This document shows positions 10,321-21,444 of a DNA stretch of 64,000 bases, one piece after another (within the stretch, counting starts at the first letter, position 1; every line of letters begins with the position of its first letter). Under the pieces are notes generated by a model. The model did not search any database. It was not told where the DNA came from and saw only the letters and a program-made list of their open reading frames with translations. Made by a program: the position numbers and the translations under genes. This DNA comes from an uncultured Verrucomicrobiae bacterium (GTDB lineage: Bacteria; Chlamydiota; Chlamydiia; Chlamydiales; Rhabdochlamydiaceae). The DNA lies in NCBI GenBank assembly GCA_963806855.1, contig CAWDYW010000003.1, positions 384,001-448,000 of the forward strand, read 5' to 3'.

Positions 10321-11872
10321 TCAATTATTCTCCAGCGAATGTGACGTCGTGGGTTTGTTGTTGTGCCCCCTTTTTCGTCTGCCTAAAAGCAGTAGTCCGT
10401 AATCAGGGCGATAAATAATCCAGCCCATTGCAAAGAAACAATCGTTGATACCTAAAACCGAAGCCTGGGTATCGGCCTGGGCATTGACGAAGACTTGCGC
10501 TTTGGTGCCGCTGATACCGAAGCTTTGGAGTTTGGCGTAGTAGTCAGAGACGACGCTTCTGCTGGGAAGGATTTCAGAGACGATGTTGGCATGCTGGTAG
10601 GCGCTGCGGCGGGTCCACAAAGTGGTGAAAACAGAGGTACCAACGCCCCCCACCATGGCGCGGAAGAAGTGGAACATTCCGGCAGAGGAGGGAAGTTTTT
10701 CAAGTGGGATATCGCGCGCAGCGAGGCTGAAGAGGGGGACGATGAAAAATAGGAGGCCAAATCCGAATAGGAAGCGGGAAAAGGCAATATGGAAAAGGCT
10801 GACGTCGGTATTGAAGAAGGCGCCATCGAAGGAGGAGGCGGCAAAAAGGATGAGGCTGCATGCGAGTGGAATGATCTGACCGACTTTATCGATGAGTTTG
10901 CTGATCAGTCCTGAAAAAAAGACGGGCATGATCCCTAAGGGGGCGACGGCTATACCGGCCCAAGTTGAGGTGTATCCCATATTTTGTTGCAGCCAAAGGG
11001 GAACGAGAACGACTCCTCCGAAGTAGATCGCATAAACTGTGATAATGAGGATACAGGAGAGATGATAGCTGGGGATTTTCAAAAGGCGCAGTTCAAGCAG
11101 AGGTTGGGATGGTGAGTTCCCATACAACTAGATAAAGAAAAGAGAGGAAAGAGATAATCATGAGGGTGAGGATCAGGGGCGATCGAGTCCAGTCGTACTG
11201 CTCACCTTTATCGAAGATAAATTGGAGAGTGCTTACTCCTATTGCCAGGAGAATAAGCCCAATCCAATCAGTAGGTAATTTTTTGGTTGGGGTTTCATAA
11301 GGTCGCAAATAGAGATGAATGATGAGGGCAGAAAGGAGGCCAAAGGGGATATTGATGAAAAAGATCCAAGGCCAGTAGAAATCATAGGATATCCAGCCTC
11401 CCAGAATGGGGCCAATCACGGGTGCGACGACAACGACGGTCCCCCAATATCCGATCGCCACGTTTTTTTTCTCAGGGGGAAAAATGGAGATAATCATGGT
11501 CTGCGAGACGGGAATTAGGGGGCCTGAGGCAAGCCCTTGGAGAAAACGGGAGACGACGAGGGAAGTTGAATTGGGAGAAATACCGCAGGTCCAAGAAAAA
11601 AAGACGAAGCCAATCAGGGCAATTAGGCTCAAACGGACGAGTCCAATGCGATGTGTTAGCCAACCGGTGATCGGCAGTACAATCGCGCTTCCCACCGCAA
11701 ACGCGGTAATGACATAGGTTCCCTCGTTGGCGCTTATCCCCAAATCTCCTGCGATGTAGGGGATAGAGACGTTGGCGATGGTATAATCGAGAACGATCAG
11801 GAAGGTGGCAAGGGAAATGCCAATTGCAGCGAGAGCAAGACGGATGCCGGTCAGGTGTTTAATGTTTGTCAT
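10321..11872 (-). CDS. emrB: DHA2/EmrB-QacA MFS efflux permease (frameshift near 11110)
   Basis: LDYTIANVSIP, GPILGGWI, WPWIFFINIP; second half in ORF 10321-11127. Confidence 0.88.
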
Positions 11873-13040
11873 TTTCGCCCTTACTATTGTCGGCGATGAT
11901 TTGATTAATTAGCTCGTCTGCTCCCTTTTCTTGATCCTCAAAAATCGTGGTGACGTAGAGTTGCTGCACAGGGGTTGTCACGGGGATCAGCTCGCCGCTA
12001 GTGTCGTGGACATCGACATTCACATTCATTGAAAGACCCAGGCGAAGGGGGTGGTCTTTAAGTTCATCGGGTTTAAGATGAACCCGCACAGGGAGACGTT
12101 GGACGATTTTAATCCAGTTTCCAGTCGCATTTTGCGGAGGCAAAACGGAGAGGACGCTTCCTGTTGCCGCGCCAATGCCAATTACTTCTCCATGATAGAC
12201 AAAGCCCGATCCATAGATATCGGAGGTCATTTTGACTGGCTGCCCGATCCTCATTTTCCCAAGTTGACTCTCTTTATAGTTGGCATCGACCCAGATTTGA
12301 TCCATAGGGACGACGATCATTAGAGAGCTATTTGGACTGATGGCCTCGCCTACTTGGGCCTGCTTATTAGTAATAATTCCTCTGACGGGAGAGCGGATGG
12401 TGCATCGCTGCAGATTGACATAAGCTTCTTTTGTGGCAGCTTTGGCTTTTTCAACGAGGGGATGGGTTTCGACTGTCGTCCCTTCGACGAGGACTTCAGC
12501 GCCGCGCAATTGATGCTGGGCGGAAAGCAAATTAGCGAAGGCTTCGATGAAGAAGGCTTCAGAGTGCTGGAAATCTTCGACCGAAATTGCTCCAGAGCTG
12601 ACCATCTTCTTGCGGTTCTCATAGTCTTGTCCGGTCTTGGCCACTTCAGCTTTTCGTGATTCGACATCGGCTTTTAATCGGGAGACATTTTCAAACATCT
12701 GCGCGACATTGCGTACAGTGTCGGCTAGCTCATTTTTTGCTTTGTCTAAGGCGATTGTCTTGTCAATTGTATCGAGTTGGACAAGGACATGCCCCTCTTC
12801 GACCATCTGTGTTTCATCGACTGTCACATTGGTGATGTATCCTGAAATCTGCGGGGTGATCACGACTTGGTTACCATTGACATAAGCATCCTCTGTCTTC
12901 TTGTGAAAACGGAAAACGAAAAGCCAGAGTATAAGGAGAATGAGGCCGATGATGAGCAGGCCCCCGGTTAATCCCACAAGGATTTTTTTTCGTTTTCCAT
13001 CATGGGGTTCATTCACATCCAAGGGGAACCTCCGTTGCAA
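11859..13040 (-). CDS. emrA: EmrA/HlyD-type membrane fusion protein
   Basis: N-terminal TM; TEDAYV, WVDANYKE, LPPQNATGNWIKIVQRLPVR. Confidence 0.93.
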   Translation of the reverse strand: MQRRFPLDVNEPHDGKRKKILVGLTGGLLIIGLILLILWLFVFRFHKKTEDAYVNGNQVVITPQISGYITNVTVDETQMVEEGHVLVQLDTIDKTIALDKAKNELADTVRNVAQMFENVSRLKADVESRKAEVAKTGQDYENRKKMVSSGAISVEDFQHSEAFFIEAFANLLSAQHQLRGAEVLVEGTTVETHPLVEKAKAATKEAYVNLQRCTIRSPVRGIITNKQAQVGEAISPNSSLMIVVPMDQIWVDANYKESQLGKMRIGQPVKMTSDIYGSGFVYHGEVIGIGAATGSVLSVLPPQNATGNWIKIVQRLPVRVHLKPDELKDHPLRLGLSMNVNVDVHDTSGELIPVTTPVQQLYVTTIFEDQEKGADELINQIIADNSKGENDKH

Positions 13041-14457
13041 AGTAGCCGCCGCCTAGGGCTTTGATGAGTTGAATCACAGCAGTTCTTTGTTGGTATTGCA
13101 GCGATAGATTATTGATCTCTTCCTGCAGCAAATCATTCTCTGTTGTTAAGTAATTTGAAAGGCTATCGATCGCATTTTTATATCGGATATCTGCCAAATT
13201 TTTATTTTGGGTTTTATTCTCAAGAAGCAGTTTTTCTGACTTTAGGTTTTCGCTCACGGTTCTTAGAATCACAATCTGATCGGCTACTTCTTGTGCAGCT
13301 TTTAACACCGACTCATTATAGCTATAAATCATCTCTTCGAATTCGGCCCTCTTCTCTCGTAAATTGGCTCGCAGTCTGCCAGCGGTGAAGATCGGGATAT
13401 GGATAGCGGGCATCACTTGACGCAGGCGGCTTCCCCAGGAGAAAAATCGGTCTGAGAATACCCCGTCGAGCCCCAAAATGGTTAAGAAATCAATACGGGG
13501 ATAGAATTCGGCTTTTGCTGCTCCCACCATGTGAGCGGCGGCTTCAATTCTCCAAATCTGTGCCATCAGATCGGAGCGCCTTGTGAGCAATTCGGAGGAG
13601 ATGTTGCAGGGGAGGGGAAAGGCGATCTCGGTATTCAGGGAAATCGTCTCCACCTCTTCACATAGATGAGGCCCTTGCCCGATCAACATATTGAGCATAT
13701 GGCGCGCCAATTCCACTCTCTGAATGGAAAATTGGATGCTCTGATCGATTTCTAGTGTCTGGATGTCGGTGATGAGCACTTGGATGCTGGAATCGACAGC
13801 ATTTTCTTGTCGGTGTTGTGAGAGATTAAAGAGATCGTTAAGGATTTTTTTTTGCTCTTGCAGCAGCGCCAATTGCTGCATCTCAGCTTGGAGTTGGAAG
13901 TAGGTTGAGGCCACTGAAGTGGTTAGGACCAGAATCGCAGTTTGCTGCTCAGCCATTTCGGCTTTAGCTTGCCCAAGAGCCGACCGATAGATGTTCCGAT
14001 TTTTGCCCCAGAAATCGAGTTCATAGTTGATCTCGAGGTTGAGTTTATATTCGTCGACATGGGCAGGGAAAATCGTAGGAGCGTAAGCGCGGAATAGGTT
14101 AAATTTACCCAATTTTCCATAGTTAGCAGAAGCATTTAGTCCCAATGTGGGAAAAAGACTTGATAATTTGATAGAGGCCTCTGCTTCGGCAGCCTGCACT
14201 TGTGCAGCGACTCGGGTCAATGTGGGGCTGTCTTCAAGTGCTCTGTCGATGAGTCTACTTAATTGCGGATCGTTGAACATCTCCCACCAGCAGGGATTAG
14301 GGAAATCCCCTTCGATAAAGCCATTCTGGCTCAAGGCCTCACCCGTATCGACGCAGGGGGTATCGAGCATTTTACAATTGGCTTCATCAGTTGGAATTTT
14401 CATACAACCCGTAGAGAGCAGCAGGCAAAGGAAGAGCGCGATGGCAGTTCGGTCCAT
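13009..14457 (-). CDS. Outer membrane efflux lipoprotein (NodT/TolC family)
   Basis: Lipobox STGC, WWEMFNDPQL, YELDFWGK, LIKALGGG. Confidence 0.92.
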   Translation of the reverse strand: MDRTAIALFLCLLLSTGCMKIPTDEANCKMLDTPCVDTGEALSQNGFIEGDFPNPCWWEMFNDPQLSRLIDRALEDSPTLTRVAAQVQAAEAEASIKLSSLFPTLGLNASANYGKLGKFNLFRAYAPTIFPAHVDEYKLNLEINYELDFWGKNRNIYRSALGQAKAEMAEQQTAILVLTTSVASTYFQLQAEMQQLALLQEQKKILNDLFNLSQHRQENAVDSSIQVLITDIQTLEIDQSIQFSIQRVELARHMLNMLIGQGPHLCEEVETISLNTEIAFPLPCNISSELLTRRSDLMAQIWRIEAAAHMVGAAKAEFYPRIDFLTILGLDGVFSDRFFSWGSRLRQVMPAIHIPIFTAGRLRANLREKRAEFEEMIYSYNESVLKAAQEVADQIVILRTVSENLKSEKLLLENKTQNKNLADIRYKNAIDSLSNYLTTENDLLQEEINNLSLQYQQRTAVIQLIKALGGGYFATEVPLGCE

Positions 14458-14483
14458 TCCTCTGAAATAGGTTAAAAAATTTT

Positions 14484-15542
14484 TTAATTCAATGCCTTTT
14501 CGATTAGGGCGCCGCCGAGACAGACCGTCCCTTCATAGAAGACGATCGATTGGCGTGGGGTGATTGCCCGTTGCGGCTTTGGGAACGAGACTCTAAGCAT
14601 GTCATTTTCAACCGCTTCGATCACACAATCTTGGTCCTCTTGCCGGTACCGAATTTTGGCGGTGCATCGAAAAGGGAGGGTGGGGGGAATAAAAGTCGAT
14701 TCTTTTGCAATCAGCCCCGGGGCATAAAGGGCAGGATGGTCGGCGCCCTGCTCGACAACCACCTCATTTTTCTCGATGTCCTTGTCGACGACGAACCAGG
14801 CCTCGCCCGGCCCGCCGATCCCCAGTCCTTTCCGCTGCCCAACCGTATAGTAGGCGGCCCCATCGTGCTTGCCGATAATCTCTCCGGCCAGATTTTTGAA
14901 ATCCCCAGGGTGATAGGGGATATAGTGGCTGATGAACTCTTTGAAATTGCGCTTCCCTATGAAACAGATCCCGGTGCTGTCCTTTTTGTCATGGACAGGC
15001 AGCCCTCGCTGCTCAGCTAACCTGCGCACCTCGCTTTTCGGGAGATGGCCCACCGGAAAGAGCACCTGGTGCAATACCTCTTTGTTGACTGCATGGAGGA
15101 AATAGCTCTGATCTTTGCTCGGATCGGCCCCCTTGAGCAGCTTACTCCCTTCCGTTTGGCAGTAGTGGCCCGTCGCCAAAAAATCGGCGCCCAGACTCTT
15201 TGCCTTCTCGAAGAAGATGTTGAACTTGATCTCCTTGTTGCAGAGGATATCGGGATTGGGAGTGTAACCCAATTTCAACTCTTCGACGAAATGGGAAAAG
15301 ACCAGGTCCCAATATTCCTGGACAAAATTGACCGTATAGAGCGGGACATCAAGAATGGAGCAGACCTTGGCCGCATCTTCATAGTCGGCGGTAGACTTGC
15401 AGATCCCATCAGCCCCTTGCTCTTCCCAATTTTTCATGAAAAGCCCGAGTACCTCATACCCTTGTTCCTTGAGCAAATAGGCAGATACGGAGGAATCGAC
15501 TCCTCCTGACATTCCAATAACGACCCGTTTCATGGGGACCAT
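14484..15542 (-). CDS. mnmA: tRNA 2-thiouridine synthase
   Basis: SGGVDS, PNPDILCN, ATGHY, KDQSYFL, DSTGICFIG. Confidence 0.97.
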   Translation of the reverse strand: MVPMKRVVIGMSGGVDSSVSAYLLKEQGYEVLGLFMKNWEEQGADGICKSTADYEDAAKVCSILDVPLYTVNFVQEYWDLVFSHFVEELKLGYTPNPDILCNKEIKFNIFFEKAKSLGADFLATGHYCQTEGSKLLKGADPSKDQSYFLHAVNKEVLHQVLFPVGHLPKSEVRRLAEQRGLPVHDKKDSTGICFIGKRNFKEFISHYIPYHPGDFKNLAGEIIGKHDGAAYYTVGQRKGLGIGGPGEAWFVVDKDIEKNEVVVEQGADHPALYAPGLIAKESTFIPPTLPFRCTAKIRYRQEDQDCVIEAVENDMLRVSFPKPQRAITPRQSIVFYEGTVCLGGALIEKALN

Positions 15543-15591
15543 TTTACTTTAAAAGGGTATATAAAAAAAAGATTATGAAAATTTCTTTAAA
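15364..15591. repeat. Direct repeat copy A: mnmA 5' end + intergenic region + first codons of the hydrolase gene
   Basis: Aligns with 17306-17527 by eye. Confidence 0.92.
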
Positions 15592-15651
15592 CTATACCCA
15601 AGATGACTTAATCCCGCCTATCGGCCAACTTTTGAGCCATCTTGGGTATAG
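15592..15651. repeat. 60-bp palindromic element with 14-bp perfect terminal inverted repeats (MITE/ERIC-like)
   Basis: ctatacccaagatg (15592-15605) ... catcttgggtatag (15638-15651). Confidence 0.75.
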
Positions 15652-15718
15652 CTTGAACTCCCATTCGTCGATATGATACAATCACTTTTTTAAGTCTTTC
15701 CAGAAGTGAGTAAATCGT

Positions 15719-16477
15719 ATGATCTCTCGTGAAGCCGCTCTTGAAGCAATAGCCATTGAAGTAGACCAAGCGCTAAGGATAGGTCCTGTTGCACACATTA
15801 AACATCGGGGTGTGACAAATGGCCTCTTCGGACTTGGAGGATTAGAATCCCATCTCTTAGGACTGAAAAATGGGGAGCATTATAGCCTCCATGATTGGGG
15901 ACATTACGACGATATTCAAGCCACAAGTGCACTTTCGCCTGAATTACCGAAAGGTTTTGTCATTGCCCTAAAAACAGATACCCTTGCAGAGAATGAATCC
16001 AGAGGCAGAAAAAGTGCATCCATTCCCCTTGAAGGAAAAACTCCCAATTATGATGGCGACTATATCAAAATAGATTGGATATATCCTCACAAAGAAATTC
16101 AAGGATTAGGAATTCCACGCCAATATTTCTTTGCAGTAGAACGCGCTGTCAAAAAAGCAGGTTATCCCAGCATCCATGTCGATGCTACAAATAATGGCCT
16201 CTCCTATTGGGCCCGAAAAGAATTTGGTTTGAAAATACCTAAAGCCTTTCATCCAATTTTAATCGATGGCTTTAAAAAGTTTAAAGCGAATCAAAAACTT
16301 TTTACCCAACAAGCAAGTGAAGCCTCGCCTTATGTGAATGGCCTAGATGAAACCGAACTTCCCCATGATATCGATCCCAATGAACCACACACCATTCCCA
16401 GAATATTCATGGATGTTTTGAGCGCTATTTTTATTGTAAAGGGAGAAGGACATCTCCATTTTTACAAAAAGTTTTAG
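15719..16477 (+). CDS. Hypothetical protein, possible GNAT-fold acetyltransferase
   Basis: QGLGI....F..VE..VKKAGY..IHVDA..NGLSYW resembles GNAT motifs A/B. Confidence 0.5.
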   Translation: MISREAALEAIAIEVDQALRIGPVAHIKHRGVTNGLFGLGGLESHLLGLKNGEHYSLHDWGHYDDIQATSALSPELPKGFVIALKTDTLAENESRGRKSASIPLEGKTPNYDGDYIKIDWIYPHKEIQGLGIPRQYFFAVERAVKKAGYPSIHVDATNNGLSYWARKEFGLKIPKAFHPILIDGFKKFKANQKLFTQQASEASPYVNGLDETELPHDIDPNEPHTIPRIFMDVLSAIFIVKGEGHLHFYKKF

Positions 16478-16630
16478 TTTTCTCTTAAGGATAGTTGTGC
16501 GGGCACATATTCCTGTGGCCGAGAAAACGATCTATAATGGCCATACCCGCCTTCTACAAATATTTGAAGCTCGCCGAAGGATATCATCCTTAAGTACATA
16601 AGAACAGTAATTAATTCTTTACCAAAATCG

Positions 16631-16660
16631 TTGCAAATTAGTACCATAGTGTGGTACCAT
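16631..16660 (+). promoter_or_regulatory. Putative hicAB promoter with operator palindrome GTACCA-N5-TGGTAC
   Basis: TTGCAA at 16631; inverted repeat 16641-16657, about 20 bp before the hicA start. Confidence 0.55.
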
Positions 16661-16678
16661 GTAATTAGAGGCCAGCGA

Positions 16679-16946
16679 ATGAATGCAAAGCACAAAAGGA
16701 CGTTGGAAGCGATTTTTTAAGCAACCAGTTCAATCAAATGTAGTGTGGCAAGAGTGTGAAAAGCTTTTAGAAGCGCTAGGAGCAGAAATCGTAGAAGGCA
16801 ATGGATCTCGCGTTAGGATTCGTTTAAATGGAGTAAAAGCAGTGTTCCATCGGCCCCATCCTCAAAAAGAAACTGATAAGGGTGCGCTCGTTTCTTTGAG
16901 AAAATTTTTAGAAAACTCAGGTGTGAAACCTAAGGGAGAAAAATAA
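16679..16946 (+). CDS. hicA: HicA toxin (extra T in homopolymer near 16715)
   Basis: ATG 16679 gives MNAKHKRTLEAIF, continuing in the other frame as KQPVQSN..GSRVRI..FHRPHPQKETDKG. Confidence 0.9.
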
Positions 16947-16948
16947 CA

Positions 16949-18110
<1,162 letters not shown>

Positions 18111-18114
<4 letters not shown>

Positions 18115-18215
18115 TCCTGCTTGCAATACCCTTTAGGGCAATTAGACATTGATTCGGGTTGCTCTTCTTCCACTTCTTGTAGATCGAGATCTTCTTCTAA
18201 ATCATCCTCTTCCAT
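18111..18215 (-). CDS. Putative RiPP (lanthipeptide-like) precursor peptide, 34 aa
   Basis: Manual translation MEEDDLEEDLDLQEVEEEQPESMSNCPKGYCKQD*; AAAAGGAG SD 7 nt upstream; acidic leader with DLDL; Ser/Cys core; divergent from lanB-like gene. Confidence 0.7.
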
Positions 18216-18242
18216 TAGAATGCTCCTTTTCCACACGATTGT

Positions 18243-20184
18243 ATGACAGAGAACATTTACAAAGCAGCTCCTTTTTTCATACTCCGCACACCAGTGTGGG
18301 CGATCGAAGATTTTAACTCGGAGGAAAATTGGCTCAGAGTTATATCAGTCTAATCGACAATTGCGCGAGGCGATCGCAATTGCGGTTCCTGACCTAAAAT
18401 GTCGTAGCCCCGAGCGACTTGCGAAGACGATTTCTAATTACGCCAAACGGATGTCTACCCGCACAACCCCTTTCGGAAAATTTGCAGGAGTGATGCATGG
18501 TCGCTGGGCAGACAAAAGCGATCAGTTTTTAGATTTGTCAAAGCTTTGCTTCCCCGAACCTCACGTACAATATCCCATGGATGGCCCCTACTATCCCAAT
18601 CCTCTGCTTCAATTAAAAGGGGGGCGATATTTTTTAGGGCGAAAATCGATTCGTGCAAGTGCCCTGAATAGAGGATCGATCCAAACCCTACTGCAGCACC
18701 GCTTTCTTCTTCCAAAAGCACAGCCCTCACTTTTAACTGAATTCAGCGCAACGCATCACACTCCGATTTTTCACCTTTCGAAAAAGATTGCAGAAGAAGT
18801 GGAGAAAAAATTGTCCCAAAACCATTTTCAGAGACCACTCAAAGGGTATTTAAAGAAGTTTCTTGAGCGATATGGGATTTACCGCACTATTCCGTTAATG
18901 AAGCTATTTCGAGAAATACCCTGGGAGCGAGAAGAGATACTCAAGGAAGAGGCTGATGCTCCATATTCTCTCGATGTCTTTTGCAAAGTTTTCGATGATA
19001 CAGTGCAGATTACCGAAGTTAACTGCATGGGGGGCAGTTCGATGGGCCGCTTCCTTAACGTTCTCGGAGTTGGTGCAAAGAACGATCTGCAACAATTTTT
19101 CGACCAAGAAGAGGCTCTGGATCCTGCCGCGCAATTTGTAGAGATCTCTTACCTGCCGGAGAAAGGGGCGGAAATTGCGACTATTCCATGCTTGAGGAAA
19201 GCTAGGCTCGATCTGCATGGCCCCTCCACGTATACTTTCGACGATATTTACGTAGGAGCAACACCAGATCGGTTTTATCTAACATCAAAAGAAGGAAAAG
19301 TGGAAATCATTCCCCGCGCAGGGCATCGGCTCAATCCCGACAACGCCCCCGAACCGATCCGCTTCATGTTTGAGATCCACCGGACAATGGCATTTGAAGA
19401 ACCAAATGAGGGAATGCCATGGCTCAAAAGTGAGCGAGGGCATCATTTCTGCGAAATCGTCGTTCCAATGCTAAAAAAGCGAACCTATATAAAAAAGAAC
19501 TTCACTCCACGCGCCTACTTGGAAGTGCCTTTTGAACAGCGGTGGAAATTTCCAGGAAGCGAGTGGCTCTATGTGAAATTTTATACAGAGCAGATGGATC
19601 ACTTTCTCGTCCATCACCTCGCCCCCTTTGCCAAAAAGCTTGGCGTAGAGTGGTATTTCGTCCGTTACGCAAGGCATATCCGGTTTCGTGCCAAAGTCTC
19701 GAACTTAAATTTACCTAAAGCCTGGATGGAAGAGGGGCTCATCCAAAATATGGAGATCTGCTGCTATGAAAGAGAAGTTGAGCGATACGGGGGAGTGGAA
19801 GGAATGGCCGAGGCAGAAAAGATCTTCTGTTGGGATACAAAAAGGGTGATCGAAGAATTGAAATCGAAAAGAGCGGTTGGATGGGAAGCGCTGAGTGTGA
19901 TCGGCTTTGCAAAGAGTTTGGGATTTGAAATTCCCTCATGTGAAGGACATAAACATCTTTTAAAGGGATTTCGTGAGCATAAAAGCCGGTTGCTGGAAAG
20001 CTCGATCAACATAGATCCAATCCCATTTACCGTCCGGTCTCCAGAGATCTCCGATAGCCTACTCCATATGCACTGCAATCGATTAGGCTGCGATGAAATC
20101 AAGGCGCGGGTTTGGGCACTGAATCTTCTAACTGTGCCCGTTCAGATTAATCAATCGAGTAAATTGAAAGTTCACTTTGATTAG
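18243..20184 (+). CDS. lanB: Compact LanB-like lantibiotic dehydratase with glutamylation and C-terminal elimination domains (1-nt frameshift near 18336)
   Basis: FFILRTP (from ATG 18243), YAKRMSTRTTPFGKFAGV, MGRF, DIYVG..RFYL, SEWLYVKFY, YFVRY..HIRFR, YEREVERYGG, SLLHMHCNRL. Confidence 0.85.
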
Positions 20185-20970
20185 ATTGCCTTTATAGCGA
20201 AGACTAATGGACTGAAATTCGTTCCACGATCGCCATAAATTCATTGGAATCCTTAATTCGATTATCCCTGGATATATTGAATGGAGCTCCTTCCATTTAA
20301 TATATCCAAATGGATTCTCAGGAGTTCGAACATAATTATAGAGAAAAAGTTGTACAACGGACTCTTCAGGATCTTGGATAATTGCTGAACCATCTTCTAA
20401 AGTTAATCCATTAGTGATTGGCAACACAGGCAGCCATTTGTTTCGAAGACGCTCCTCAGAAGGGGTCCACTCTTTAAACTCCTTCAATTTCAATTCATAT
20501 ACTGGGGCTTCGACAGCAATTCCAGCTGGATTCCAACCTGTTAAAACAGAGTCTGTTGCAGATGCCCCGTTCGTGGATTCTGGGCAGAATATGCCGTCAC
20601 CATCATCTGAATCATCCGTCTGAATTGTAGGAAATCCTCCTGTAGAAGGACAAGATGGCTTTAGCACTTCATCAATGTTGTTCGCTCCAGGCTTCACAAT
20701 TTGTGATGCCTCTTTGCCAATTTTCTGATTCTCCAGTGTGTTCGGAGATACAACTGTTGTTTTTCTTCTCCATTGGAGAAAGACGAGGGTGGATAACCCG
20801 ATAGCCCCGATAGTGCTTAAGGCGACTGGATAACTCATTGCTGTTGACCCTAAGTTGGATAGAATCGAACAAGTCCCTTGTCCAGCATAACTGCAGAATT
20901 TATTAATGGCTGTTTGTCTTAATTCATCTAGCATGACAACTATTGTACCATTGATTAGAATTTCAAACAA
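20128..20970 (-). CDS. Hypothetical protein with a single TM segment (AT-rich insert)
   Basis: 280-aa ORF with hydrophobic segment VALSTIGAIGLSTLVFL followed by WRRK; real start may be MLDELRQ. Confidence 0.55.
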   Translation of the reverse strand: MFEILINGTIVVMLDELRQTAINKFCSYAGQGTCSILSNLGSTAMSYPVALSTIGAIGLSTLVFLQWRRKTTVVSPNTLENQKIGKEASQIVKPGANNIDEVLKPSCPSTGGFPTIQTDDSDDGDGIFCPESTNGASATDSVLTGWNPAGIAVEAPVYELKLKEFKEWTPSEERLRNKWLPVLPITNGLTLEDGSAIIQDPEESVVQLFLYNYVRTPENPFGYIKWKELHSIYPGIIELRIPMNLWRSWNEFQSISLRYKGNLIKVNFQFTRLINLNGHS

Positions 20971-21040
20971 TGAAATAGCATCAGGCTGTCAAGAAATAAT
21001 TTCGAATTGTCTTGCTGCACCAAAATGACATTTTGTCGAT

Positions 21041-21189
21041 TAGATCAGATCCCATTTACCATCCGATCTTCAGAGATCTGCGATAGCCTGATTCATATGC
21101 ACTGCAATCGGTTGGGGTGTGATGAAATTAAAGCGATGTTTTGGGCACTGCATCTTCTTTTAATTGAAAATAGAGCGAAAAAGAATTAA
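21041..21189 (+). pseudogene. Second, diverged copy of the lanB 3' end
   Basis: IPFTIRSSEICDSLIHMHCNRLGCDEIKA versus IPFTVRSPEISDSLLHMHCNRLGCDEIKA; 21041-21158 aligns with 20012-20129. Confidence 0.9.
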
Positions 21190-21349
21190 AGGCTTAGGAA
21201 TAAGGATCATGTGTTGCATGTTTTTCAAATAGACATTCAGCTACAGAGATAAAAAGCCTTGATCATAAGATGCTTAGGTGAATAAGCTTATGTGAGCATG
21301 GCGCGCTTTTTTGGGTTCCAATGACTTGATTTTCTCGATATTCGACCCG

Positions 21350-21425
21350 CGTTTTCCCTGTATAAAACGTGAGATTTTCACGTTTTATACAGGGAAAAAC
21401 GTGAAAACTTCACATTTTATACAGG
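21350..21425. promoter_or_regulatory. Palindromic repeat array upstream of AAA ATPase 1
   Basis: 21-bp perfect IR (21352-21372/21378-21398) plus a further unit; period 31-32 bp. Confidence 0.75.
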
Positions 21426-21444
21426 ATATGCTATAAGGAGGGGG

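Noticed and set aside
14484..15542. Functional link between mnmA (tRNA-Glu thiolation) and the Glu-tRNA-dependent LanB
   Set aside because: mnmA sits in its recalled ancestral position near clpC, so proximity is probably coincidental.
18243..20184. PEARL (peptide aminoacyl-tRNA ligase) or thiopeptide cluster
   Set aside because: The elimination domain is fused and motif-complete, and no YcaO or pyridine synthase genes are in the window.
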